Shown here in pieces: positions 14,961 to 26,484 of a stretch of DNA of 64,000 bases; position 1 is the first letter of the stretch, and every line of letters starts with the position of its first letter. Source of the stretch: the human T2T-CHM13v2.0 reference genome, Homo sapiens; assembly GCF_009914755.1 (NCBI RefSeq), contig NC_060946.1; one strand, written 5' to 3'. The notes beneath the pieces are model-generated. The model saw nothing but the letters and a program-made list of their open reading frames with translations. It was not told the origin of the DNA and searched no databases. Position numbers and translations under genes: made by a program.

Positions 14961-15121
14961 CACTTATATAGCTTGGATCACAGAGGCTTGCGGAGATTTA
15001 TCTTAAGAGCCTCAGGACCCCACTGAGGGTCTTGAGATGCAGTAACATTATCCAGTTTGTATTCTTAGAACTTTTTCTCTGATATAATTGCACATTTACA
15101 AAATAGTTGTGAGAATAGTAC

Positions 15122-15582
15122 TGCTCTGTGTCGAAGTGTGTCATCTCAAAAAAGAGATGCTGATGTCCTAATCCCCAGTGCCTTGCAATGGGATCTTCTT
15201 TGGAAATGGGGTCTTGTCCGAGGTAACAGAGTAAAAATGAGGTCACTAGGGTGAACCCTAATCCTCCATGACTGGGGTCCTTTTAGAAAGGGGAAATGTG
15301 GACAGAGACAGGCATGCACAGAGGGAAGATGATGTGAAGACACACAGGAAGAAGGCCATGTAGAGATTGGAGGAATCCTGCTGTAAGCTAAGGAATGTTT
15401 GAGGCCACTAGAAGCAGGAAAAGACGAGGAAGAATCCTTCCCCTACAGGTTAGATGGAGCATGGCCCTGCTGATACCTCAAGCACAGATTTCTGGCCTCC
15501 GGAGCTATGGCTCAACACATTTCTGCTGTTCTAAGCCACCCAGTTTTGGGTACTTTATTCTGTCAGCCCCTAGAGCAATACA
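15122..15582 (+). mobile_element. MaLR solo LTR (MLT1B/C-like)
   Basis: tttggaaatggggtctt...atgaggtcactagggtgaaccctaatcc...aagccacccagttttgggtacttt. Confidence 0.85.
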
Positions 15583-15636
15583 TTTCTCTTTGCTTTTCTC
15601 CAGCTTCAGCAATTGGAAATGTTTTGTCACATTTCT

Positions 15637-15970
<334 letters not shown>

Positions 15971-16019
15971 TGATTAAATTTATCACCAAATATATAGAAG
16001 CTTGCTCTCTCTATATAGG

Positions 16020-16022
<3 letters not shown>

Positions 16023-16068
<46 letters not shown>
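16023..16068. repeat. (CA)n microsatellite, about 22 units
   Basis: Direct inspection. Confidence 0.97.
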
Positions 16069-16069
<1 letters not shown>

Positions 16070-16135
16070 AGTATGTACATAAATTAAATTTTTTCTAAAC
16101 TATTTGATAAAATTGTGGTTTTGATGCTTCATTTC

Positions 16136-16250
16136 CACAGTGACCAATTATCCTGGTTTGCCTGGTATTTTCCTAGCTCTAGCACAGAAAGCCCTACACA
16201 TTGGGAAACCCCTCAGCGTCCTGAGCAAACCGGGACAGTTGCTCACCCTC
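16136..16250 (-). mobile_element. MER81-like hAT MITE
   Basis: Inverted termini gtgaccaattatcctggtttgcctgg / ctgagcaaaccgggacagttgctcaccc; about 115 bp. Confidence 0.75.
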
Positions 16251-16653
16251 TCATTAAATAGTTCAGTGTGCAGTTTCTAAGTACCAAAGCAAACTCGTAC
16301 ATGGCCACAGTAGAATCACGAAAACAGGAGAATTCACCATGGATGCGCGCACTAGCCTTTCCAGCAGCCCCTACTCAAATTCCACCAGTGGTCCTAATAA
16401 CACACTTCGGAAATGTTTCCCCATGATCTCTGGGCTAGGATCGCACATTGCATTTAGATGTCATGTTTCTTGAGTTTCTCCTGAGTATCCAACTCTTTAT
16501 TCTAGAACCATTTCTCAGTCTTTTCTTTTTAATGACCTTAATAATGGATCACAGACCACTGAATAAAGTAAGAATTCATTCTGATAATAAATAGATAAAG
16601 GAAAGAAGACACAACCCTTCCTCACACTAGGCAGCCAACTAATAATTGTGGAG

Positions 16654-17011
<358 letters not shown>

Positions 17012-18140
17012 TCAGGCAGCTATTACGGAAGAACGCTAAAGCCAGGGAATAAGAATGCGATGGGAATCAGGAGTTGCAGTTTTAATGTTGTCCAGGTAGA
17101 GATTTAGGCCAGGCACTCCAGTCATAGAAGAAGTTACTTACTTTGATTGGTCTGACGCCATTGGCACACCAGCTCCATGAGATAGGCAGCTGTTTTGCTC
17201 ACTGTGGTAGCACCAGCACTTAGACAAGCTCCTGAGACATAAAAGATGCTCAACAAATACCTGTAATGTGAATGAGTGAATGGTTGAGGAAGTTCTCATT
17301 TGAGCAGAGGGTGGCAAAAGAGAAATATTAACAAGTTCTGCTGGATCCAATCCCCTTTCCCACAAGTGTGTATTTTCTTCTGTACCAGGTTCCAAAGCAG
17401 AAATGACAGTGAGCATCCACTCTTTTAAATGTTAACAGTTTAATAAACATGAATCACCAAAAAGTGCTTTTACAGTAAGGCTAATGGAGCCGAGTTTATT
17501 CCATTTTGTTGCATGGTTAACTAGATCCGAATAATTACCAGCTCCACATTTATAGATGCCTGTTTTAAGGTTATTTTTATGTTGCTCTGTGAGGTGAAGG
17601 CTCTTGTTTTCTCTTCTGGTTTTATAGGCTAATATGGAGTAGAATGCTCAGTAAATGCCAGCTGCAGTGGGGTGGCCATCCCAGGGGATGATGCCCCAGT
17701 GCCCAGGTCCTCTGTGCAAGTTCATCCCAAGCTGTGCCATCCCTTCCAAATCCTTCACAAGCCAGATGCAGGAGCGAATCTTGTCACTGAGTTGCAGTCA
17801 TGGCCTAAGGGTGTTTCAGGATAAACAGAAGAAGCAGAGGACAGCTGATCTGGATGTGTTGCCTCCCCCACTAACATTATTGTTACCCTCTTGGAATTAG
17901 AGACCATGCCAGCCTGTATCTCCTCCTTCCTCTCTGTCCTGTGCAGAGCTGAGTGTGTCCTCAATGTTTACATAAAATGCCATAAATCATGGAATCTTTA
18001 AGCACAAGAGACCTCAGAGGCCAACTCCAAGCCACAAACAAGGAACCCTGAATCGAAAGGGAATCTAAAGCTTCAGGCAAAGAGAGAGGAGATTGGATGG
18101 TGTGTCAAGCACAGTGCTACCCCCTTTATAGGCATGGCAT

Positions 18141-18634
18141 TGAGGTAGGACATGGGACTTGACTCTGGAGGCAGGGCTCAGGTACGGGACCAAACTGAAG
18201 ACTAGCTAAAATAGGGACAGGGTGAAAACACCTTTCCATAGGAAATGCCTGTCAGTGTGCCATGTCAGTTTATCATTGCCATGGCAACACCTGGAAGTTA
18301 CTGCCCCTTTCCATGGCAACAACCCGATGACTGGAAAGTTTCCAACCCTTTTCTAGAAATTTCTGCATAATGCACCCTTTAATTTGCATATAATTAAAAG
18401 TGGGTATAAATATGACTGCAGGACTGCCTCTGAGCTGCTACTCTGGGCACATTGCCTATGGGGTAGCCCTGCTCTGCAAGAAGAAGTACCTCTGCTGCTG
18501 TGGTACACTGCCACTTCAAGAAAAGTTGCTAACACCACTGGCTAGCCCTTGAAGCCCTTGAATTATTTCCTAGGCAAAGCCAAGAACTCTCGCAAGCTAA
18601 ACCCCAATTTGGGGGGCTCACCTGCCCTGCATCA
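18141..18634 (+). mobile_element. ERV1 solo LTR (MER66-like)
   Basis: TG...CA termini (tgaggtagga...ccctgcatca), TATA box at 18405, 4-bp TSD gcat/gcgt. Confidence 0.8.
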
Positions 18635-19342
18635 GCGTAATTTAATACTCACAGCTACCCTCCAAAGCCAGCATCATGATACCCACCTGAGAGGTCAGAA
18701 AACCGAGACACGGAGTGATGGCGGCTGACTCAGTTCCCCTAGCTGGGACTCACAGCTGGATGCAAGCTGCCTAACCTGAGGCTTCAGGCTCTATCCACAG
18801 TCTGCAGGCATACTGACTGGCCTCTGTTTATGCATCTGTGAAATGGGGATGATGAGGGCAAGTATTCATACTATGCCCCACCCAGCAGGCTTCAGGCAAT
18901 GAGGAACTATAAGCATGGATGTGAATGTGTTCTGGACATGGAATGGATGATACAAAGAGAATGGATACTCAGGTGCCCAGAGAGCCCTGGCTTTGTTCCT
19001 GGAAGTGGTCAGATAAAAAAACCAAAAAAAAAAAAACAGTTTGGATGTGGAGTCAGGAAGAACTAGGTTCAAATATTACCTTTTCCACTTAATCAGTGCC
19101 TGACCTTTGGCAGGTAACTCTACCAACCCTTCCACCCGCCTTTTGTAAATATTCACAGAGTGAGGGTCATGTGCAAGATACAGAAGTCAGTCTGGATTCA
19201 AATAGGCTCTGCTGGGGTGACATGTAGGAATCTGCACAAGTGATTTGTCATCGTCACCATCATCATCACTGAGGCACAGCACACATATAATACAATGCAT
19301 AAATCTAAAAGCAAAACCTGAAGAATTTCTGCATGTGCATAG

Positions 19343-19718
19343 TGTTGTAGACTAAATTGTGTCCTCCCACCCCCTGAAAAGTTATCTATTGAAGTCCTGA
19401 CCTTCATAACTTGGGAAAATGGCTGTATTTGAAGACAAGATCTTTAAAGAAGTAAAGTAAAATGAGGCCATTAGGGTGGGCCCTAATCCATTTTACTGAT
19501 GTCATGCACGGATGCATGTGTACAGAGGAAAGGCCATGTGAGGACACGGCGAGAAGACGGCCACCTGCAAGCCAAGGAGAGAGATCTCAAGAGAGACCAA
19601 ACCTGCTGGCCCCTGATCTTACACTTCCAGCTTCCAGAATTGTAAGAAAGTAAACTTCGGTTGTCCAACCTACCCAGTCTGTGGTATTTTGTTATGGTAG
19701 CCTGGTCAGACTAATACA
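19343..19718 (+). mobile_element. MaLR solo LTR (MLT1A-like)
   Basis: tgttgtagactaaattgtgtcc...ggtattttgttatggtagcc...gactaataca; 5-bp TSD catag/cataa. Confidence 0.85.
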
Positions 19719-19719
19719 C

Positions 19720-20215
19720 ATAACCTTGTGTAACCAGCACTACGATTAGGAGCAGAATATTTCCAATAACCCAGCAGCCCCTGCCATCATGACCTTCTCA
19801 ATCTTGCCCTCTACCCCCAGAAGTAATCATTGCTCTGATCCCTGTTATCATCAACTAGTTCTGTCCATTTCTGAACTTCATATAGGTGGAACCATACAAT
19901 ATGTTTCCTTTGTGCCTGGCTTCTTTGACTCAGCATTCCATTTCTGAAATGCATCTTTCCTATTGGGTGCAGCCGTCATTCATTCTTTTTCTTTGCTGTA
20001 TAATATTCCACCGTGTGACTTCATCACAGTTTGTTTATCCATTTCCCCATTGATACACATTTTGGTTGTTTCTATTTTTTAGCTCTTTTGAATAAAGCTC
20101 TTATGGGCATTCTTGTGCAAGTCTTCAATAGCCCTGCACACTCGTTTTTCGAGGGGTATATACTCAGGAATAAAATTGCTGAGTCACAGCTTAAATGTAT
20201 ATTTAGCTTTAATTA
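19720..20215 (-). mobile_element. Old L1 (L1ME-like) fragment
   Basis: tttctgaacttcatataggtggaaccatacaatatg...tttatccatttccccattgatacacatttggttgtttc. Confidence 0.8.
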
Positions 20216-20334
20216 ATGTTAGAGTTTGTGCTTTAACCTTTCCGCACCTCGCCTTCCTCATCCGTAAAATGGTGCCTGACACCTAAGGCTGTTACGAGGA
20301 TTAAATGTGATTATCTATGTAAAGTATGAAGAAA

Positions 20335-20680
20335 AAAGCTAGATGCAGAATGATATGTAGGGCTAGATACCATTTATATAAAGTTTAAAAACCTGCATGA
20401 GCAACACGACATAATGTTTATGGATACATAATCGTGTAATAAACATTTAAAAACATCTATTGGCATAATAAACTCCAAATTTAGGCTGGTGGTAGGAGGA
20501 TAGGAGGGAAAACTGAGATTAGGGTTGGCACACAGAGGGTGATTCTATCTGCAGTGTCTTGTTCAAGAAGAAAAAAATCTGCAGCAAAGAGACCATAAGG
20601 TTAAGATTTTTAAAAGCTGGTGTTTATGATATTATCTCTATCTTTATCTGTATGTTGGAAACACTTTTCATTAAATCAGA
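20335..20680 (+). mobile_element. Old L1 (L1ME-like) 3' fragment
   Basis: gataccattatataaagtttaaaaacctgca...tgtttatggatacata. Confidence 0.6.
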
Positions 20681-21285
20681 TACATTATTACTAAATATAT
20701 AATATTAATCTACAAAATATTAATACCATGTAAGATTTACATACTGCCCAGGACACAGTATGCAAATGAGTTCTAGTTATTGTTATTATTAATACTAATT
20801 GCCTATTGTATGCCAGATTCTACATCCAAGGGCTCTGGCATGCTGGGTGAATCACACCTAGAAAACTAAATCCAATCCAGACACTGTAGATGCAGCTGTC
20901 GCATAGTGCTTGGCTCAGAGTAGGTTCTCAGGAAACGCGAGCTTTTGTAATTTTCTTAAAATGCTCGAACGTCACTAAGCATGCTGGCTTTGGCTAAACA
21001 TGTCAGCCCTTCTGGGTGTCCCAATCTAACCAAACCAACAAACAAAGAAACCCAGAAAACCAGGCATTGAAGGGAGTCACAGAATACTGCTCCTAGCTTA
21101 GCCAGAGAGCCTGGCCCGGTGAATGATTCCATTTCTCTGGACACACGCACAGAGTACCCAACAACCAGGCTGCTCATGACAACGGGCTCCAGCTTTAACA
21201 AATGTAGCACTAGCACTATTTATTTTCCAAACGTGGTTGAGTTTCGACTCAAGGGGATGCAGTTAGGAAAAATAATGACCAGGAA

Positions 21286-21342
21286 ACACACACACACACA
21301 AGCACACACACACACATGCACACACACGCATGCATGCACACA
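21286..21342. repeat. Imperfect (CA)n/(CATG) repeat
   Basis: Direct inspection. Confidence 0.9.
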
Positions 21343-21472
21343 TTGGCTCACACAGAATAAGACAACGGCAACCAGACTTCCTGGGTTAGGAGGGGCAGGA
21401 AATGGAAAAGATAAACATAAAGAAAAGGAGCTTCTTTTGTATCACTTTAAGAGGAAGAAAAAAGCCCATCAG

Positions 21473-21522
21473 GCATGCATGCGTGTGTGCGCATGTACGT
21501 GTGTGTGCATGTGCGTGTGTGT
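21473..21522. repeat. Imperfect (TG)n/(GCAT) repeat, inverted partner of 21286-21342
   Basis: Direct inspection. Confidence 0.9.
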
Positions 21523-22375
21523 TGAAAGGACAGCAATTGAGTGAAGAGGGAACAAGTGTGGTTTGCTTAGAAGACGAGGGGACTTCCTTGACACCAGCCC
21601 ATAATCCAGCCACCAAAAAGGTGCTTTCTGATTTGCGTTGCACAAGTTGGTTGATCATAATAAGCACACATTTCATTTTAATAATGTATTGGGCAAGAAC
21701 AAGGGTTCCTCAGCCCCATTAAAACAGTGCCCCAGCCTAGCATAGCATGCTGGATGGAATGCTATTTCTGGGCTCTGGTGAAAGTGGAGCAGAGGAAGTA
21801 ATTGTGCCGCTAATTGCTCCATCTCGGGCTTGGTTTACAGTGATATTAATGCCCTGGTCTCCAGTAGATCAGCTTCATAAAGAGAGAGAGAGAAATAGCA
21901 GCCCATTAGAATGGGAACAGGAGAAACTGGAGCAGGTGGGGGAGGTTCCATGCTTGGGTCTGCTTTGCCGGTTGAATTTCGCTGGTGAAATCTTGTGGGA
22001 TACTGAGGGGGTTTCTTCTGAAGCCAATGGCATTTGAAGCCTCTGGGTTTGAGATCAGGCTCTGCCATTTTCAAACTATGTGCTGGTCCCCCTCTGAAAC
22101 TCAGTTTGTTCATCTGCAAAATGGAGCTATGCCATCTGCCCTTAGGGTGACAATTTACAATGAAGAGTGTCTAGCACTGTGCCTGGCACACAGCCATTCA
22201 TGCTGGCTGGCCCTAATTTTCAAAGGAAAGAAGAAATGAGACTCTTCAAAGGCAAGCAGTTTGGTAAGGAAGGCAAAATCTCAAATGGGGACTAATGGAA
22301 AATAGCTCAGGATTGGGGAAGGCTCTGTAAGAAAGGGAGCCAGGTGCTGCTGAGGGACTTGCCTGAGACAGCTGA

Positions 22376-22778
<403 letters not shown>

Positions 22779-22959
22779 GAGAAAAGCTCTTTGTTAACCT
22801 CCTAATGGGTGCTTTAACCGTCTCATGTAATATTCTGTCCTTATAATGATGCTATTTTCCTCTTTTCCTGACATCTGTTGATTCTGCCAGCCCAATTTCC
22901 AATCTTCCTTCTTTATGCTAAAGATATGTTGATTTTCTTCCCGAAAAACATTCTCATGT

Positions 22960-23430
22960 GCTTCTAATAGGGTTGTTCTCTGACTGCTATGGGAGAGCAG
23001 GAGTCCAGCCATGGTTTAGCCCTGATTAATAAGTGCGTTCCATTCCTCTGGTATTAGTGATGGTCAGAGAGATGGGCATGTGATAAATTCCAGAAATGAG
23101 ACTTGATTGCAGGACTTTAGCTGTGACTATCAGGAAAGGGCTGTTTTTTCAATGACAAGGGCTGAACAATAACAGGATGTAGGCTTAGAGTTATTGGCAT
23201 CCCCTTTGTCATCATGAGGGAAGGTCCTGCCTAAGAATGAAACCAGCACAAAGAAAGCAGAGTGGAGATGAGATACAGTTCTGAGAACACTCTGTGAGCA
23301 CCTAGATCCAACCATATCTGAAGCTAGTAGAGCTTTTGATTTTACAGTTCTGCGAACTAATACATTCCTCGTCTCTCACGCAAGTTGAATTGGGTTTCTG
23401 TTACTCAAATCTGAAAGGATCCTGATGCAT
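22960..23430 (+). mobile_element. Old MaLR LTR (MLT1K/L-like)
   Basis: aagaatgaaaccagcaca...gagcacctagatccaacc...ttgggtttctgttactc. Confidence 0.6.
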
Positions 23431-24095
23431 CCAATTTTTATATGGACAATATATCACTCAGAGAAGCTAGGAAAATATACTTGCCTGGAACCACACAGCT
23501 ATTTGATAGAGAAGCCATCATCAACCAAATTTTCCTGAATCCTGAATCCATAATCCCAACCACTGGGTAGTTCTGCTACTGACATTAGAGACTGTTTTTC
23601 ATTGCTGTCATTGTTGTTGAAAATTTAGGATGGTAATAGCAATAAGTCAGTTGGAAGAGAATAATTAGCTACTGTTGCTGCCATGACTTTTGTACTTTAT
23701 GATTCTTCCAGGCCTCACTGGTTCTGGAGGTGATGTTTGCTAATTGTGGCCACATTGACATTCAGGGGCATGCTGAACCATGTCTTGAGTTTCTTTCAAA
23801 TAGCCCTCATTTGCCTTTCTATCCTCAACCACTAACCCTAAGGGCCAGCTGGAGGTAGATTTTTTAAAAATATTTTTTCTTTTCATATTTTTAATATGAT
23901 TTTATTTGTAAATAGTTTATGATTCCCAAGAAGTTGCAAAAATTGTCACGAGAGTTCCTATGTACCCTTCACCCAGCCTCCCCTAATGATAATATCTTAC
24001 ATGACCATAGTAAAGTTATCAAAACCTGTAAATTGACATTAGTATAATACTATTAATTCGAAAATAACCTAATTTGGATTTCACTGGAGATTTGT

Positions 24096-24114
24096 TGTTG
24101 TTTTTTTTTGTATT

Positions 24115-24146
<32 letters not shown>

Positions 24147-24254
24147 GTAGAGACAGGTTTTCACCATGTCACCCAGGCTGGTCTGGAACTCCTGGACTCA
24201 AGCAGGACTCAATCAAGTGCTGGGATTACAGGGATGAGCCACCATGCCCAGCCC
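24096..24254 (-). mobile_element. Alu left monomer (FLAM-like)
   Basis: poly-T, gtagagacagg...gagccaccatgcccagcc. Confidence 0.85.
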
Positions 24255-24283
24255 TGGATTTCTATACTTTTATGTGAACTTTG

Positions 24284-24285
<2 letters not shown>

Positions 24286-24322
<37 letters not shown>
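24286..24322. repeat. (TG)n microsatellite
   Basis: Direct inspection. Confidence 0.97.
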
Positions 24323-24325
<3 letters not shown>

Positions 24326-25017
24326 AAATTCCATGAAATCCTATCATATATAAATTTGAGTAACGATTACCATGACCAAGATACACAACTGTTGATCATC
24401 ACAAAAAAACTCAGGCTACCCCTGATAGCCACACCCCACCCCAACCACTCTTGGTAACCACTGATGGGTTCTCCACCATCGTAATGATGTCACTTCGAGA
24501 ATGTTATGGAAATGAATCACCCAGCCCATCGCCTTCTGAGACTGGCTTTCTTTCATTTGCCATAATGCCTTTGAGATCCATCCAGGGTGTTGCATGTATT
24601 AATGATCTTTCCCTTTTCATTGCTGAGTAGTATTTCATCACATGAATGTATCACAGTTTGTTTAAACACTCAACTATTGAAGGACATCTGGGTTATTTCC
24701 TGTTTGGGGCTATCATGAATAAACCTGCTACAAACTTTCATGTATAGATTTTTGTGTGAAGATAAATTTTTGTTTCTCTACAGTAAATATCCAGGAGTGA
24801 GAATGCTGGGTCATATGATAAGTGTATGTTTAACTTCATAAGAAACTGCCCAGCTGTTTTCCAGAACATTTCCCCAGCAATGGAGTGTGGGGCATGTAAC
24901 CGTCTTGTCCATCTTCTCTAGATGAGCAGTACCGCACTTGGAGATTGTCCCTGGATCACAGAAAACATACTCTTCTGCTTTAGTAACTGTACTCAGAGCA
25001 AACAGGAAATGAAATCC

Positions 25018-25320
25018 AGACAAGCACGGTGGCTCATGTCTGTAATGCCAGCACATTGGGAGGCCAAGGAGGGAGGATCACTTTAGGCTAGAAGTTTGAA
25101 ACCAGCCTGGGCAACATAGGGAGACCCCGTTTCTACAAAAAAATAAAAAATAACAATTAATGGGGCATTGTGGAGTATACTGTCGTCCTAGCTACTTGGG
25201 AGGCTGAGGAAGGAGGATCACTTGAGCCCAGGAGTTGAAGGCTGCAGGGAGCTATGATTGCATCACTGTACTCCAGCCTGGGCAACAAGCGAGACCCTAT
25301 TTCTAAAAATAAAAATGAAA
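25018..25320 (+). mobile_element. Alu (AluJ-like)
   Basis: ggaggatcacttgagcccaggagttgaaggctgca is an AluJ-type motif. Confidence 0.92.
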
Positions 25321-26182
25321 GACAGACATGAAATTCAAAACTTGCATCCAAAGCCAACTTTTATTTAATTTTTTCCTCATTAGAAGCACAGTGCTTACTC
25401 ACAATAAGAATATCTGGCAAAATTTAGCAAAGGATAAAGAAGAAATAAAAGTCTTCCACAACTTCACACTCAGGACAAAATCACAGTTTCAGGGTTGAAA
25501 TCTCAGAGCTCATTCCAACTCCTTTAAATCTCCACATCTTGCCATCCACCCTCCCAGGTAAATGCAACATTCCCTTTTCCCTTTAGTTAAAAAAAAAAAA
25601 AAAAGTGGAAAACAAAACAAAACAAAACAAAACAAAAAAATCGGAGGGGAAATAACACCCAAGGCCTTGACCCTTTTCCTCTCCTATCGGCCTGCTCTTC
25701 AGCAAACAGGAGTTTCCTTTTACAGACCTCAAGAATAGACACGTTTCTCGTCTATTCCTGTCGCACGCCTCAAGGTTGCGCGGCCCGTTCTTATCAGCAG
25801 AAGGCACCTGGTGCATTGTGGGAGAGCCGGCTGGGTGGGAGCCCTTTCCAGAGAGGTTTCCTCCTGCTAGGCCCCTGGTCAGCCGCCTTGCTGACCCGGA
25901 GTTGATTATTGCTTCTCCTCACAACTTCCTCCTCCACCACTTTTTCTTGATTAGAGGATCCCCAACCCAGGAGAGACACCCTCTGAGAGTGTCCCCAGAA
26001 GGCCCTTAGCCAGGAGGCATTTGTAAGAAAGTTTAAGCTGTTCATTGAGGGGAGAGGGCAGCCTCTAGGGGAAATAAGAACATCCCAGGGTCCACTCAGT
26101 CCCAGCAGCGTAGACTCCAAATCTCGGCAAATGTGAGATTGGTATAGTCTTCCCAGGAGCTCCAGTGTTCTGATGATCCGAA

Positions 26183-26484
26183 TTTTTATTTTATTTTATT
26201 TTTTTGACATGGGGTCTCATTCTGTCTCCCAAGCTGGAGTGCATGGCACAATCATACCTTACTGCAGCCTTGAACTCCTGTGCTCAAGCAATCCTCCTGC
26301 CTCAACCTCTGGAATAGCTGGGACTATAGATGTGCACCGCCAAGGCTGTCTAATTTTTTGTTTTTTGTAGAGATGGGGTCTTGCTATGTTGCCCAGGCTG
26401 ATCTCAAATTCCTGAACTCAAGAGGTCCTCTGTCTCAGCCTCCCAAAGTGTTGGGATTATAGATATGAGCCACTGCACCCAGCC
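26183..26484 (-). mobile_element. Alu (AluJ-like)
   Basis: Antisense body ending gagccactgcacccagcc. Confidence 0.92.

Larger units (their letters stand above)
23880..24880 (-). mobile_element. Old L1 (L1MB/MC-like) 3' region with a nested Alu monomer and (TG)n
   Basis: aagttgcaaaaattg...tacccttcacccagcctcccc; ttcattgctgagtagtatttc; gctgggtcatatgataagtgtatgtttaacttcataagaaactgcc. Confidence 0.85.
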
